Of a stretch of DNA of 64,000 nucleotides, positions 10,217 through 20,059 are shown in pieces. Where the stretch lies: positions 295,669-359,668 of the forward strand of contig CANNBJ010000004.1 in NCBI GenBank assembly GCA_947502835.1. Reading direction: 5' to 3'. The stretch comes from Bdellovibrionales bacterium. Its GTDB lineage: Bacteria > Bdellovibrionota > UBA1018 > CAIMNF01. The position numbers and the translations under genes are program-made. Each line of letters starts with the position of its first letter. Position 1 is the first letter of the stretch. The notes beneath the pieces are model-generated. The model worked only from the letters and a program-made list of their open reading frames with translations. It made no database searches and was not told where the DNA came from.

Positions 10217-11802
10217 ATCCGCCAAGGGCCAAGAGTCTTCAGTTTCCGAAAGTTCGAATCAAGAAAAGAAAAAGAAATCGGATGGTTCTGAAACGTTTCC
10301 TGCGAGCCGACGACAATGTATTCCGCTCCCAGCGATCTTGCTTGCTCCAGCGCATCCCCCGAGCCAAGAAGCACCGAGCCCACTTTTCGTTCCAGCAAGG
10401 TGTAGTTGATTCCCCAGCTCCAGAGCCAGCCGGGATATCCCATCACAACGGGATTTCCGGTGAGACAGGGAATCGGATGATTGTGAATCGGAGTGATGAG
10501 TACCCGTGCGTCGGGCGAGGAGCGCAGCTTCTTGAATTCGGAGGCAAGGTCTTGATCAAGCTCCGTGAACCAGACGGTTTTTTCAATCCCTTGCTGAAAC
10601 GACCAAAGATCGCGGGTGGCACTTGCACACTGGAGTGCGAGAAGGAGGAGGGCGGCGCTCCTCAAGGCACCCTGAAAGCGGTCAAGGAAAAGGCCGAAGA
10701 AGGGAGCAAAAAACAGGAAGGAATAGGTGAAGATTTTGAGATTGTCGTAGAAATAAGGCTGCACACAAAACAACAGAGCGACCAGAAACAAAAGAAAGCC
10801 CGCAAGGGCAAGGGACATGAGATTCCGGTTCCTCCGGGAAAGCACGATTTCAATGAACACAAGCGGCAGAAAAACCCCCGTATTGTAGATCCAGAACCAG
10901 AGGGGGTTCATGGATGCGGCAAGCGGTTGTCCGGCAGCCTCGTTTTGCGCCCATCCCGGGAGAAAGATCCTCCACTGGTGCGGAAACGGATTCGGACTTC
11001 GGAAAAGAAACCAGAGGCAAAGCGCACCGATCCCCCCGATCACCGCACCTCGGCCCACCACCTGTGCGCGATCCGTGAAGTCCCCGGAGTCTTTTCGCGG
11101 GAAGCAGAGCAATGCCAGTAGAAAAAACGGAATCGCGATGAAGCTGTGAAGGTGAACCAGAGGCAGAATTCCAAGCAGAAAGAGTGCGAGCCGCTTTGAG
11201 TGCTTGTTGCTTTTTCCCAGCAGTGTCCCTGTGCTCCAAAGCACGGCACACAATCCGAACAGAAAGGCCCGCTGGGGGTAGAGTTCAAAAAGGAGAAATG
11301 AGGTGAAAATCGATCCGTGTTCGAATTGATTGGTCAGGGGCTTTGCCGGATTCAGTGAGGAATCAAAAATCTGGAGACCCCCCATCAAGAGGAATCCCAG
11401 GGTCGAGTACAGGGAGGCCCGCGGAGAGAGGTTCCACTTTTGGAAAAAACGAAACAGGAGAAACGGGAGAAGAAACAGAAGCAGGGCAGAGGTGAACACC
11501 ATGCCGTGGATCGTTTGGATTCCGAGCCCCATCGAAAGGACGGCCGTGAGCAGATGACTTAAGAACGGGTAGCGGAAGGGAGCGTCCTGGAACAGGGGAT
11601 TCGGATCGAGGATCCAGGAAAGCCCCCGCTGCCGAAAGGCCTCCGTGAAGCTCAAATGGGCCGACCAATCCCCCCAGATCGAGAAACTCCCCACAAGAAG
11701 TCCCTCGCCATCGACGGAGTGGAACAAGGAAATGAAAACCAAAGTGATCCATGTCGCAAGCGAGAGCAGGAGGAGTGGAATTGGCTTAAAAAGCTGTTTC
11801 AT
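10189..11802 (-). CDS. polytopic integral membrane protein, possibly a GT-C-type glycosyltransferase
   Basis: 537 aa with more than 10 hydrophobic helices. Paired divergently, 29 bp apart, with another GT-C-like membrane protein. Confidence 0.5.
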   Translation of the reverse strand: MKQLFKPIPLLLLSLATWITLVFISLFHSVDGEGLLVGSFSIWGDWSAHLSFTEAFRQRGLSWILDPNPLFQDAPFRYPFLSHLLTAVLSMGLGIQTIHGMVFTSALLLFLLPFLLFRFFQKWNLSPRASLYSTLGFLLMGGLQIFDSSLNPAKPLTNQFEHGSIFTSFLLFELYPQRAFLFGLCAVLWSTGTLLGKSNKHSKRLALFLLGILPLVHLHSFIAIPFFLLALLCFPRKDSGDFTDRAQVVGRGAVIGGIGALCLWFLFRSPNPFPHQWRIFLPGWAQNEAAGQPLAASMNPLWFWIYNTGVFLPLVFIEIVLSRRNRNLMSLALAGFLLFLVALLFCVQPYFYDNLKIFTYSFLFFAPFFGLFLDRFQGALRSAALLLLALQCASATRDLWSFQQGIEKTVWFTELDQDLASEFKKLRSSPDARVLITPIHNHPIPCLTGNPVVMGYPGWLWSWGINYTLLERKVGSVLLGSGDALEQARSLGAEYIVVGSQETFQNHPISFSFLDSNFRKLKTLGPWRIYKVEPPLR

Positions 11803-11831
11803 GTGGGAAAATCCTCACTTAGGATTAGATC

Positions 11832-13292
11832 ATGAAGCTCTTTCTTGTTCCACTGATCATCCTTGTGCTGTTGCGATTTTGGGATCTTGACCTGAGACCC
11901 ATCCACCATGACGAGGCGGTAAATGGATGGTTTGTGGACGGACTCTTGACCCGGGGATACTACATTTACGACCCCGAGAATTATCATGGCCCCTTCTTTT
12001 TCTATGTTCTTGCGCTCTTTGAGAAGGTGTTTGGTCGAAGTCTGGCATCCCTCCGGACTCCGGCAGTGCTGTTCGGTGCAGCTCTGACCTTTGCTCCCCT
12101 TTTCTTTCGCAAATGGATCGGATCGAGAGCGGCCTGGATCTCGATTGCGGTGCTGACACTCTCCCCGGCCATCGTGTTTTTTTCCCGCTATTCCATTCAT
12201 GAAACGGCGTTTGTGTTTTCTTGCATCCTGTTCCTGAGACTCTGGCTCACCGTTCGAGAGTCCCCCTCGGGCACAGGGCTTTGGGTGATACTCGGACTTT
12301 CTCTCGGGCTCATGGCTTCCCTGAAGGAGAATTTTGTGGTGTTCGGTGCGGCCCTCGGGTTGGCTGAGCTCGCAGGTGCTGTTCAAGACAGGCGGATGGG
12401 ATTTTTTCGGGAACGCCGGTTTTGGAGAGGGGTTGTGGTGTGTTTCGGGGTTGCACTGCTCATGATCGCAGTTGTGTTCACAGGGGGGTTCCAGGACGGT
12501 GACGGGTTTGGAAAGTTCTTTCTTGCGTTTGCGAAGTGGGCGGGAACAGGCACGAAGGGAAACGGCCACGAAAAGCCGTTTCTGTATTGGGTGGAACTGA
12601 TGGGGCGCTTCGAGTGGCCTGTGTTTGCGGGTCTGATTGCCAGTTTTGTGGTTGCGGTCAGAGACTCGGGGTTTGTCCGATTGAATGCCTGGATCGGGAT
12701 TTTTTCGTGGCTCGTCTATTCGCTTGTCGCCTACAAGACTCCTTGGTGCATTCTGAGTCTTCTGTTTTTCCCGACACTTGCGTTTGGTGTGGTGGTGGAC
12801 AAGACCCTTTTGAAACTCGAATCAGGAAAGAAAACCAAAAACAAGAGTTCACTCCTTCCCCGAAATGTGTTTGCTGGCTTGCTGGTGGCAGGGGGACTCT
12901 TTTCTGGGTACCGGGCGTTTGAGGTCTCCTGGCTCAGTCCGGATCAGGACGGGCATCCTTACATCTATGGCCAGACCTATCGGGATTTTCTTGGGCCCGT
13001 CCACAAGATCCTTGCAAAGGTGGCATCCATGCCGGAAGGGAAGGAGACCACGCGGATCCAGGTTTTGAGCAGGTTCACTTGGCCGCTTCCGTACCTGCTC
13101 GGCGAGATCAAGCAGGCTGGCTACTATGGCGAGAGCAATGCACCTGCCGAGTTCAATGCGGATTTCGTGTTGATGGACGAGGATCTGCTCCCGAAATACG
13201 AGTCAAGGCTGAAGGGCAGGTATGAGCGCGAGGTGGTGCGGGCACGGCAATGGTCCTCTCGCATGGTGTTCATGAGCAAGACCGGGGATTGA
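11832..13292 (+). CDS. ArnT/PMT-like (GT39/GT83-type) membrane glycosyltransferase family protein
   Basis: N-terminus MKLFLVPLIILVLLRFWDLDLRPIHHDEAVNGWF resembles the DE-containing first loop of ArnT/PMT-like GT-C enzymes. Multi-TM, 486 aa. Confidence 0.5.
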   Translation: MKLFLVPLIILVLLRFWDLDLRPIHHDEAVNGWFVDGLLTRGYYIYDPENYHGPFFFYVLALFEKVFGRSLASLRTPAVLFGAALTFAPLFFRKWIGSRAAWISIAVLTLSPAIVFFSRYSIHETAFVFSCILFLRLWLTVRESPSGTGLWVILGLSLGLMASLKENFVVFGAALGLAELAGAVQDRRMGFFRERRFWRGVVVCFGVALLMIAVVFTGGFQDGDGFGKFFLAFAKWAGTGTKGNGHEKPFLYWVELMGRFEWPVFAGLIASFVVAVRDSGFVRLNAWIGIFSWLVYSLVAYKTPWCILSLLFFPTLAFGVVVDKTLLKLESGKKTKNKSSLLPRNVFAGLLVAGGLFSGYRAFEVSWLSPDQDGHPYIYGQTYRDFLGPVHKILAKVASMPEGKETTRIQVLSRFTWPLPYLLGEIKQAGYYGESNAPAEFNADFVLMDEDLLPKYESRLKGRYEREVVRARQWSSRMVFMSKTGD

Positions 13293-13300
13293 TCACCCCG

Positions 13301-14485
13301 TCACTCCCGGGTTGCCGCCTTCACAATTGCATCGAGCAGTGTCCAGTCGTCTTTGAAGTTTTTCGTGTCGCGCCCGAGCCCCTCCGGATCAAAAGCCTGT
13401 CTCCAGATGAAATCAGGATAGCTCGAGTCCTCGGCCCACTCTCCCCCGATGATGCGGTCTGCGGCGTTCAGCTCGAGAACATAGCGGTAGGTTGCCATTC
13501 CATAGTGCTGATTGCCGGGGCCAAGAGGTTCGTACCGGGGGGAAGCTGTCCGATCGTTTTCTTCGCCCGGTCCATGAGCGGAATAGAGTTCGTTGACGTA
13601 CCTGATGGTGGTTTCAAAGGAAAACTCCCGCACGGTTCCAGGCGTTTTGTCTTTTGAGAGGTCCCTGGTCTTCACTCCCGTGATTTTTGATTCAAAGCCG
13701 ACAACCGGATGATTCCACACCTGAAGCCCCGGGTCGCGGTCGATCGCGATTCCGCGTTTTCGAATCCCGATCTCGTTCGTCAGCGCGATGTGGAAGGCAC
13801 CCGCGTTGATGTCACTGCACCCGCCCGTTGCGTTCAGAAGAATGCGATCCTTCGCCCTGCACGCACGACCGATGTAGCCGTGAAAGGGATTCTTCGAAGG
13901 CTCGACTGTGCGGTCAAGATACGAGTAGTAGTAGGCAAGAAGGCCCTTGATGTCGCTTGAGCCGAAGGGAACCCGGATTCCATTTACAGGGGACGTGAAC
14001 AGGATGTTCTTCGGTTCATCGAAATGAAGCGAGGCATGGGTCCAGCCGTTGCAAAGACCCCGCCACCAATCACGATCGCCCGGGTTCTTCTTCCGGAAGA
14101 ACTTTGCCGTCGGAAAATCGAGTTTCCCGCGGACGATGTCGAATTTTTCGGCAGGAGACAGCAGGTTCAGTTGGCCCGGAGCCATCCGGTACACGGTTTC
14201 CGGTTTCGGCAGATCATAGTCCTTGAACTTGAAGGCAAGTGCCGGAACCTGCCAGCGATCCGCGATGTAGCCGCGTGTGGCAGGCCAATAGGAGTCGGAC
14301 CAGCCCTTGCGGGAGGAATCGAGGTTTCCAGAGAGGGGAAGAGAATTCAGGCTGTACACATAGTCAAGCTCAAGGTTCTTCGGATCATTCGCCTCATTCC
14401 AGTTTCGATCGGCGAGGGAGGTGAGCGGGATCAGGGTGAGTAGGATTCCGGGTGCAAAGAGATTTTTGAGAGTCCTGATTTTCAT
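13301..14485 (-). CDS. secreted hypothetical protein (394 aa)
   Basis: Signal peptide MKIRTLKNLFAPGILLTLIPLTSLA. No motif recognised with confidence; a GLCNGWTHAS segment is noted. Confidence 0.5.
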   Translation of the reverse strand: MKIRTLKNLFAPGILLTLIPLTSLADRNWNEANDPKNLELDYVYSLNSLPLSGNLDSSRKGWSDSYWPATRGYIADRWQVPALAFKFKDYDLPKPETVYRMAPGQLNLLSPAEKFDIVRGKLDFPTAKFFRKKNPGDRDWWRGLCNGWTHASLHFDEPKNILFTSPVNGIRVPFGSSDIKGLLAYYYSYLDRTVEPSKNPFHGYIGRACRAKDRILLNATGGCSDINAGAFHIALTNEIGIRKRGIAIDRDPGLQVWNHPVVGFESKITGVKTRDLSKDKTPGTVREFSFETTIRYVNELYSAHGPGEENDRTASPRYEPLGPGNQHYGMATYRYVLELNAADRIIGGEWAEDSSYPDFIWRQAFDPEGLGRDTKNFKDDWTLLDAIVKAATRE

Positions 14486-14552
14486 GGCTGGAAACCTAAG
14501 AGCATTTCAGGTATTTGTCAATGAACCTTGTTTACAAAAAAAGGAAACCAAA

Positions 14553-15323
14553 GTGACCGCATTTCTTGAGTATTTTTCAGAGCTTTATGGCCCGAGGTGG
14601 CCCGATCTGCATGCGGCTCTCGGCCGGGAGCCGGTGCGCGTCGATCGGGAATGCTTTGGAGGATTTGCCCGGTATACCCTCGACTCCGCATCCGTTCGCG
14701 CGGCCCAAGCTCTCCGGGTGAGACCGGGGGATCGGGTGCTTGATCTTTGTGCCGCCCCGGGCGGGAAGGCGCTCGTGTTGCTCGAGTCTCTCGAAGGCAA
14801 GGGCGGTCTCATCGCAAATGAGTTGTCGTCTGATCGAAGGAGACGGCTCAAGGACGTGATTGCAACCCATGTTCCACCGGGAGATCAGGCATTGGTCGAG
14901 GTGACCGGGTTTGATGGAAATCTTTTCGGATTGAAACAAAAGTCCGCATTCGACCGTGTGCTGCTGGATGCCCCTTGTTCGAGCGAGCGCCACATGATGG
15001 AGGATGATCCAAGCGTGCCCGAGTGGAAGGAGTCGCGCACCCGTCAGCTCGCGATGCGGCAGTATTCGTTGATTTGTTCTGCGATTCTAGCGCTCAAGGA
15101 AGGCGGCACGCTTGTTTACTCCACGTGCTCGATTTCTCCCCTCGAGAATGACGGAGTAATCGAGAGGGTTCTAAAGAAAAAAGGAGATCGGGTGGAACTT
15201 GATCCCGACACGGATGACCTGTCGGATCTTGAGCACACCCGATGTGGCTTTCAGATTTTCCCTGATCGGGCCAAGGGAGCTGGTCCGATTTACATTGCGA
15301 GGCTCAAGGTGAAGACTTGCTGA
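14553..15323 (+). CDS. NOL1/NOP2/Sun-family RNA cytosine-C5 methyltransferase (RsmB/RsmF-like); GTG start chosen downstream of the convergent neighbour
   Basis: SAM-binding motif LDLCAAPGGKA. Motif LLDAPCSSER around the catalytic Cys. TCSISPLENDGVI near the C-terminus. The ORF track start at 14421 overlaps the upstream gene; an RBS aaggaaacc precedes GTG at 14553. Confidence 0.7.
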   Translation: MTAFLEYFSELYGPRWPDLHAALGREPVRVDRECFGGFARYTLDSASVRAAQALRVRPGDRVLDLCAAPGGKALVLLESLEGKGGLIANELSSDRRRRLKDVIATHVPPGDQALVEVTGFDGNLFGLKQKSAFDRVLLDAPCSSERHMMEDDPSVPEWKESRTRQLAMRQYSLICSAILALKEGGTLVYSTCSISPLENDGVIERVLKKKGDRVELDPDTDDLSDLEHTRCGFQIFPDRAKGAGPIYIARLKVKTC

Positions 15324-15350
15324 CCTTGTGATCACTTGAGATCAGGCCAT

Positions 15351-16376
15351 CTAGCTGCGAATTGTTTGAGAGTTTCGGATTCGCATGCTGATCTGTTTTC
15401 CGAGCTCGGCAAATGAGTTCATATTCAGAGGAAACTCAAGGAGCACATGAGTGAAGCTCAAGAATGCAAGCCACCTGAGTCCAAGGGAATAGCTCAACGA
15501 GTACAGGACCACCGAGGCCACCCAAAGAAGAACCACGAGCAGGATGCGTGCCCTGGAAACTTGATGCCAGCGGATGACTTCCGTTTTACTGAACCAGTTC
15601 AAGTAGTGATACATATAGGAAAATGAAATTAAGCGCATCAGCATGATTCCTGTCGCTGAACCAAAGAGTTGCTCGTTCACCTGCACAAGGGTGGGTTGGT
15701 TCGAGAAATCGGCATCAAAAACCCTTTGCAGAATGCTCAAGTTGAGTTGAAAAAAGCCGTCTCCTTCGCTGAAGTATGAATCCTTCCCGTACTCAGTTGC
15801 AGCGATGAACTGATGACCCTGAAAAAGCGTGCAAAGAAGCACAGGGCAGAGAAGAAAGACCGCAAATGAGATCATCCCCGACTTGCTTTTGGATTTGAGT
15901 GCGCCCACTAAAATAAAGACGCCTGTAAAAACAAATACGTGAATGAGAGTGGGGAGAAGAATGCTGGAAAGCCAAGTCAGGGTGTTGTCTTGATGATCGG
16001 TGAAAATCAGATTCGAAAAAAGGATCAGGAATACAAAGCCCAACGCTTTCATGGATGCATTGCGCACGAAAGCCATGAGTGCTGAGCCCGTAAATGCAAA
16101 GAAGATTGCCTTTGTGCTCATCAGAAGATGAAACCCCAGAGTGTCCAAAGTGATCAGGACCCCGACAGCCACCAAAACCAGGAAATCGTGTTTGGACTTC
16201 GTAAAATACTTCCGATCGTGAAGCCAGCTGATTTCGGTTAAGTAATGGAGCGGTCCCAAAACGGCATAGGCAAATAAAAACAATTCAAGAGGCATGATGA
16301 ACGCTGCAATCATGCTCAGGAGCATCATTCCTATGTTCAGTTGATTGATTCGGTCTAAATGAATGGGAGTACTCAC
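15351..16376 (-). CDS. polytopic membrane protein of unknown function, lying in a low-GC segment
   Basis: 341 aa with 8 or more hydrophobic helices. AT-richer than its surroundings. Confidence 0.5.
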   Translation of the reverse strand: MSTPIHLDRINQLNIGMMLLSMIAAFIMPLELFLFAYAVLGPLHYLTEISWLHDRKYFTKSKHDFLVLVAVGVLITLDTLGFHLLMSTKAIFFAFTGSALMAFVRNASMKALGFVFLILFSNLIFTDHQDNTLTWLSSILLPTLIHVFVFTGVFILVGALKSKSKSGMISFAVFLLCPVLLCTLFQGHQFIAATEYGKDSYFSEGDGFFQLNLSILQRVFDADFSNQPTLVQVNEQLFGSATGIMLMRLISFSYMYHYLNWFSKTEVIRWHQVSRARILLVVLLWVASVVLYSLSYSLGLRWLAFLSFTHVLLEFPLNMNSFAELGKQISMRIRNSQTIRS

Positions 16377-16515
16377 ACCGATAGGTTAGCACAACATGAA
16401 ATCACGTGTAGACCGTGCGCCACAACGCCAAAAACCCTATTTGCTCGTGATTGTGTCCTGAATGACCCAGTTGAGACTATTCGATTAGGAGAGTAGAATT
16501 GGGGAGGGAAAGGAC

Positions 16516-16935
16516 TTGAACATGAATCAGTTTTTCGTTGCATTGGGGGTACTGGTCGGAACAGCGTCTTTCGCCTGTCCATTGGGTTCCAATTGGTTGC
16601 CGCCCGGGGAGGTATTGGAGTCAGGATGTACGATCATTGCCGCCGGCAATGGTCAAGGGGGGTTTAGCCCGCCTTGGGCGCCTGGCACACTTTATTGCCC
16701 TCAAAGCGTCATGAGTGGTTCCGTCTCTTGTTATTATGTGAAAAAGTGCACGATTCCTGGAGTGGACTATTGCCTGAGAAAGGTTTTTCATCAAAACGGG
16801 ACGATTCAGGTTACCATGAATACACCGCTGGTTTGTCCGAGCGGATTGCACAAAGCGGTGGACAGGTCGGGCAGCACCGACAAATGCATCCGGATAACTG
16901 AAGTTAAGGCATCAGAAGGCGCTGCGATCCGATGA
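16516..16935 (+). CDS. small Cys-rich secreted protein (10 Cys in 139 aa)
   Basis: Signal peptide MNMNQFFVALGVLVGTASFA followed by regularly spaced Cys residues. Confidence 0.45.
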   Translation: MNMNQFFVALGVLVGTASFACPLGSNWLPPGEVLESGCTIIAAGNGQGGFSPPWAPGTLYCPQSVMSGSVSCYYVKKCTIPGVDYCLRKVFHQNGTIQVTMNTPLVCPSGLHKAVDRSGSTDKCIRITEVKASEGAAIR

Positions 16936-16942
16936 CGAGAGT

Positions 16943-17854
16943 CTAAAACCCGATCGAAAAACTGCCACCCACAATCGAAGTGTCGATCGAAGGCGACCAG
17001 AGCACCGACTGGACATAGCCGCCAAAGGAAACAAACAAAGGCGAAACATCGGGCGACCAGGTCAGGGTTCCGCGCGCGGTATCGGGAAGCGCCTCTCCAA
17101 GATGAAACAGGCCGTTTGGATTCGGTGAGCGATGCTCGACATTGAAACTTGCGGAGGCCCTGATACTCACGGTTCGTGAGATGTCGTACCCAAGATTCGG
17201 GCCGAAAGAAAAGAAAAGTGTCTGGCGGTCCGTGAATCCCTGAGGTAGGGGATCGTTGTAGAATTGTGGATTCAGAAACCATCCGAAGCCAAAATGAAAC
17301 GGGCTTTGCGTATTCACGTTCCAGCTCTGCTGAAGGATCAGGGATGTGATTTTTGCAGCATTGATCGAGGCAGGTCCGATCGGAAGGCTGAAGGATGCAC
17401 TCGTGAACACGAACCATCCGTCCACCCGGATCAGGTTCGGAAGGTCGAAGTACAGATACGGATCATACCACTCCGAGGTGCGTCCCCGGATGAATCCCGT
17501 GACGCCCATCACACCATCCGAGACATTCTGGACAATGTCGGCGCCCACTCCGATCTGAAGATCCTCGGTAGCCTGGTATCCGAACTTGAGCGAGTGGAAC
17601 AACTGAACCGGTGCCACATCCGGAATGAACACGTTGTAGGTTTCGATCGGACTGCCATTCAAGCGCGGTCCCATGTAGGAGACCGCGTAGGACCCATGGA
17701 AGTTCCGGAGGATTTCCCCGATCGAGGGAATGGTACCCGGAGCCTTGAAGGTTTGAAGATTGATGTCAGGTCTGTTTGAGCCACGTTGGGCCTGTCCCTG
17801 TGCGTCGAGGGAGACAAAAAGAGCGATCAGAGTGAGGAAAATCCGGGTCCGCAT
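16943..17854 (-). CDS. outer-membrane beta-barrel protein
   Basis: Signal peptide MRTRIFLTLIALFVSLDAQGQA. Alternating amphipathic strands. C-terminal ...GGSFSIGF ends in Phe. Confidence 0.6.
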   Translation of the reverse strand: MRTRIFLTLIALFVSLDAQGQAQRGSNRPDINLQTFKAPGTIPSIGEILRNFHGSYAVSYMGPRLNGSPIETYNVFIPDVAPVQLFHSLKFGYQATEDLQIGVGADIVQNVSDGVMGVTGFIRGRTSEWYDPYLYFDLPNLIRVDGWFVFTSASFSLPIGPASINAAKITSLILQQSWNVNTQSPFHFGFGWFLNPQFYNDPLPQGFTDRQTLFFSFGPNLGYDISRTVSIRASASFNVEHRSPNPNGLFHLGEALPDTARGTLTWSPDVSPLFVSFGGYVQSVLWSPSIDTSIVGGSFSIGF

Positions 17855-17866
17855 CGGACCCGGATC

Positions 17867-20059
17867 TTAAATGAGGTTTGCCTGTTTTAGGAGAGAATCC
17901 CTCTCGGCAAAAAAACTTTCAAGACCATCGATCAGGCGTTTTCGTTGAGATGCCTCGATGTCGTTCTTCAGGTGCTCTGCCAGTTCCTTCCGGATTGAGG
18001 TGAACTCGAGCACCATCATGTGGAAGAGCGCTTCATACTGGGAATCCATCTGGCGGAAGGAGGCGTTTGCCGTGAGTTTCGACCGCGCAAGGCCCTTTTT
18101 GAACTGCAGGGAGGTCAGCGACATTTCCTCGCGTTTTGTCGAGTAGAGCGACTGAAGCAGGTGAACGGTGTTCCGCACTGACCAGTTGTACATTTGAAGT
18201 CCGGAATTCGAAGCCTCTTGAGCATGGTTCTGAAGAAGGTACAAGATCTCCCACTGGCGCTTCATGTAGGTGCGAAGCTCAGCGGTATCCATCGAGTTGC
18301 GGCGCTCAAAAAGCTTAGAGTTGTTTTTCAAGCGGGCAAGGACGCTGCCGCCGGCCTTGAACTCGGAGTCGAATTTTTTGGCAAGAGCCATGATCCGCTC
18401 GTGTCCCGCGGGAAGCGCAAGACCTTTGGTGCGGTTTGCAAGGGTGGAGGTCATGTCGCGAAGAAGGATGAAGGAGCGACCCACATAATGATCCATCTGG
18501 GTTTGTTCGCCGGTTTCATCCATCATCGTGTACGGATGGTCCAGAATGAAGCGGATGTTCCGGTCCCAAAGATAAAGCTGCACTTCCTCTGCGCGCAGTT
18601 TCTCTTTCTCCGCAAAGCGAATGAACGCCGGATCATACTCCTTTTCATTGGCTTTCAGGAAGTTCAGGAACTGGAGATAGCGTTCGGTCTCAAGCCAGGT
18701 GCTCTCGACGATGAGAGGCCAGTTGAGCTGGGTTTCCATCTGCTCGAGTCGCCCAAACCGGGGCGCAATTTCGAGATTTCCCTCATAGGCGATCTGCATC
18801 GCCTTGAATTGACTCATCCGATCCTCCCAGCTCTGGGAGGCGACTTCACGTCGATCCGAGGAGAGGGGCATGCCGGAAACCGGGGTGTTGGCGGAAGGGC
18901 CTGATCCGCTTGCGGGAGCCGGCACCGAGGCGGGTGTTTCGTGTTTCTTTTCGGTCGATTCCGGAGTGGGTGTCACAGCGTCCACGGAGGCGCCACTCAC
19001 GGCTGCTCCACCGATCAGGGTTTTTACTTTATCGGTGGTTTCGATGTACGCGGAGCGAACTTTTCCGACCGCCCACATCGCGTGGGGGTTCATGGGTTGA
19101 GTGATGAAAAAGAAGGTGAAGGGGCTGTAAATGGCCAATGCAACGGAGTAGCCCATGTTCCCGCGAACGACCTTGAAGAACCAACGGACCGGGTCAAGCA
19201 ACACGCGCTCCACGAGTCCCAGCAAATTGCTGAGCGGACGAACCTTGAAGCGGGAAAGCGCGTTTCGGGCATCGGATGCGAGAAGGGGAAGCGTGTAACT
19301 CACGAAGCGGCTCCTGTGCGCGCGCTTTTTGGTCGCGATCAGGGTTTTTCGTTCTCCCTTGATCCTTGCAAAAATGGTCTGACGCTCGCGCCACGTGTAT
19401 ACCGGATCGCGCTCGAGGGTGAGAAGAGACTCGTTCAAACGCAGGATGGCGGGATCCCGCGCGCGAAGGTTGAAGGAGAGGGCCGATCCGCGTGTGAGTT
19501 CGAGGCGTTTCAGGATTCGCTCGATGGTGTGGAGGAGTGTCGTGTTGGCAGTCCCCTCCATGGTCTTCGGGTACTCGACCGATGCGACATTGTAGAGAAA
19601 GTTCACGATCGGGCAGGCGGTCTCAAACACAAGGGAAGGGATGATTTCAAAGCTTCGTGTGCTCGGGCCTTCGCTGAACGCGAACCGGCCGTCGGCGGTG
19701 AAGTGGTGGGTGATCCAGGAAGAGGATCCGTCCAGCATCAACGCTTGCACCATCCAGTGCCCGGAGGTGGTGAGTCCCACCCTGACATACGCGAGCATTT
19801 TCGCGCCCAGGGAATAATTGAAGCCTGCAGTGCCCTCGCTCCTCATCACGGGGAGTGCGTGGATCTGTGAAGAAACCAGAGCCGTTCCTCCGTCAAGGGC
19901 GATTGCGGAAATCATTTCCTCGAAGGTGCGTGCGGGGCGCACGAGAAAGCCTCTCAGCTCCTCCATGCATTGCTCCCTCCGGGAGGGGAGGTTGACCAGT
20001 CGGGGGGGCTGGGTCTGGCTCACGGGTGCGGTTCCTGGTGTGGTGCCGTTCATCTTCAA
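17867..20059 (-). CDS. 730-aa hypothetical protein with a central hydrophobic segment; cotranscribed downstream of the protein-glutaminase-like gene
   Basis: Its stop overlaps the start of the upstream gene by 4 bp (20056-20059). Central segment MGYSVALAIYSPFTFFFI looks like a TM helix. C-terminal half looks helical/coiled-coil. Confidence 0.5.
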   Translation of the reverse strand: MKMNGTTPGTAPVSQTQPPRLVNLPSRREQCMEELRGFLVRPARTFEEMISAIALDGGTALVSSQIHALPVMRSEGTAGFNYSLGAKMLAYVRVGLTTSGHWMVQALMLDGSSSWITHHFTADGRFAFSEGPSTRSFEIIPSLVFETACPIVNFLYNVASVEYPKTMEGTANTTLLHTIERILKRLELTRGSALSFNLRARDPAILRLNESLLTLERDPVYTWRERQTIFARIKGERKTLIATKKRAHRSRFVSYTLPLLASDARNALSRFKVRPLSNLLGLVERVLLDPVRWFFKVVRGNMGYSVALAIYSPFTFFFITQPMNPHAMWAVGKVRSAYIETTDKVKTLIGGAAVSGASVDAVTPTPESTEKKHETPASVPAPASGSGPSANTPVSGMPLSSDRREVASQSWEDRMSQFKAMQIAYEGNLEIAPRFGRLEQMETQLNWPLIVESTWLETERYLQFLNFLKANEKEYDPAFIRFAEKEKLRAEEVQLYLWDRNIRFILDHPYTMMDETGEQTQMDHYVGRSFILLRDMTSTLANRTKGLALPAGHERIMALAKKFDSEFKAGGSVLARLKNNSKLFERRNSMDTAELRTYMKRQWEILYLLQNHAQEASNSGLQMYNWSVRNTVHLLQSLYSTKREEMSLTSLQFKKGLARSKLTANASFRQMDSQYEALFHMMVLEFTSIRKELAEHLKNDIEASQRKRLIDGLESFFAERDSLLKQANLI

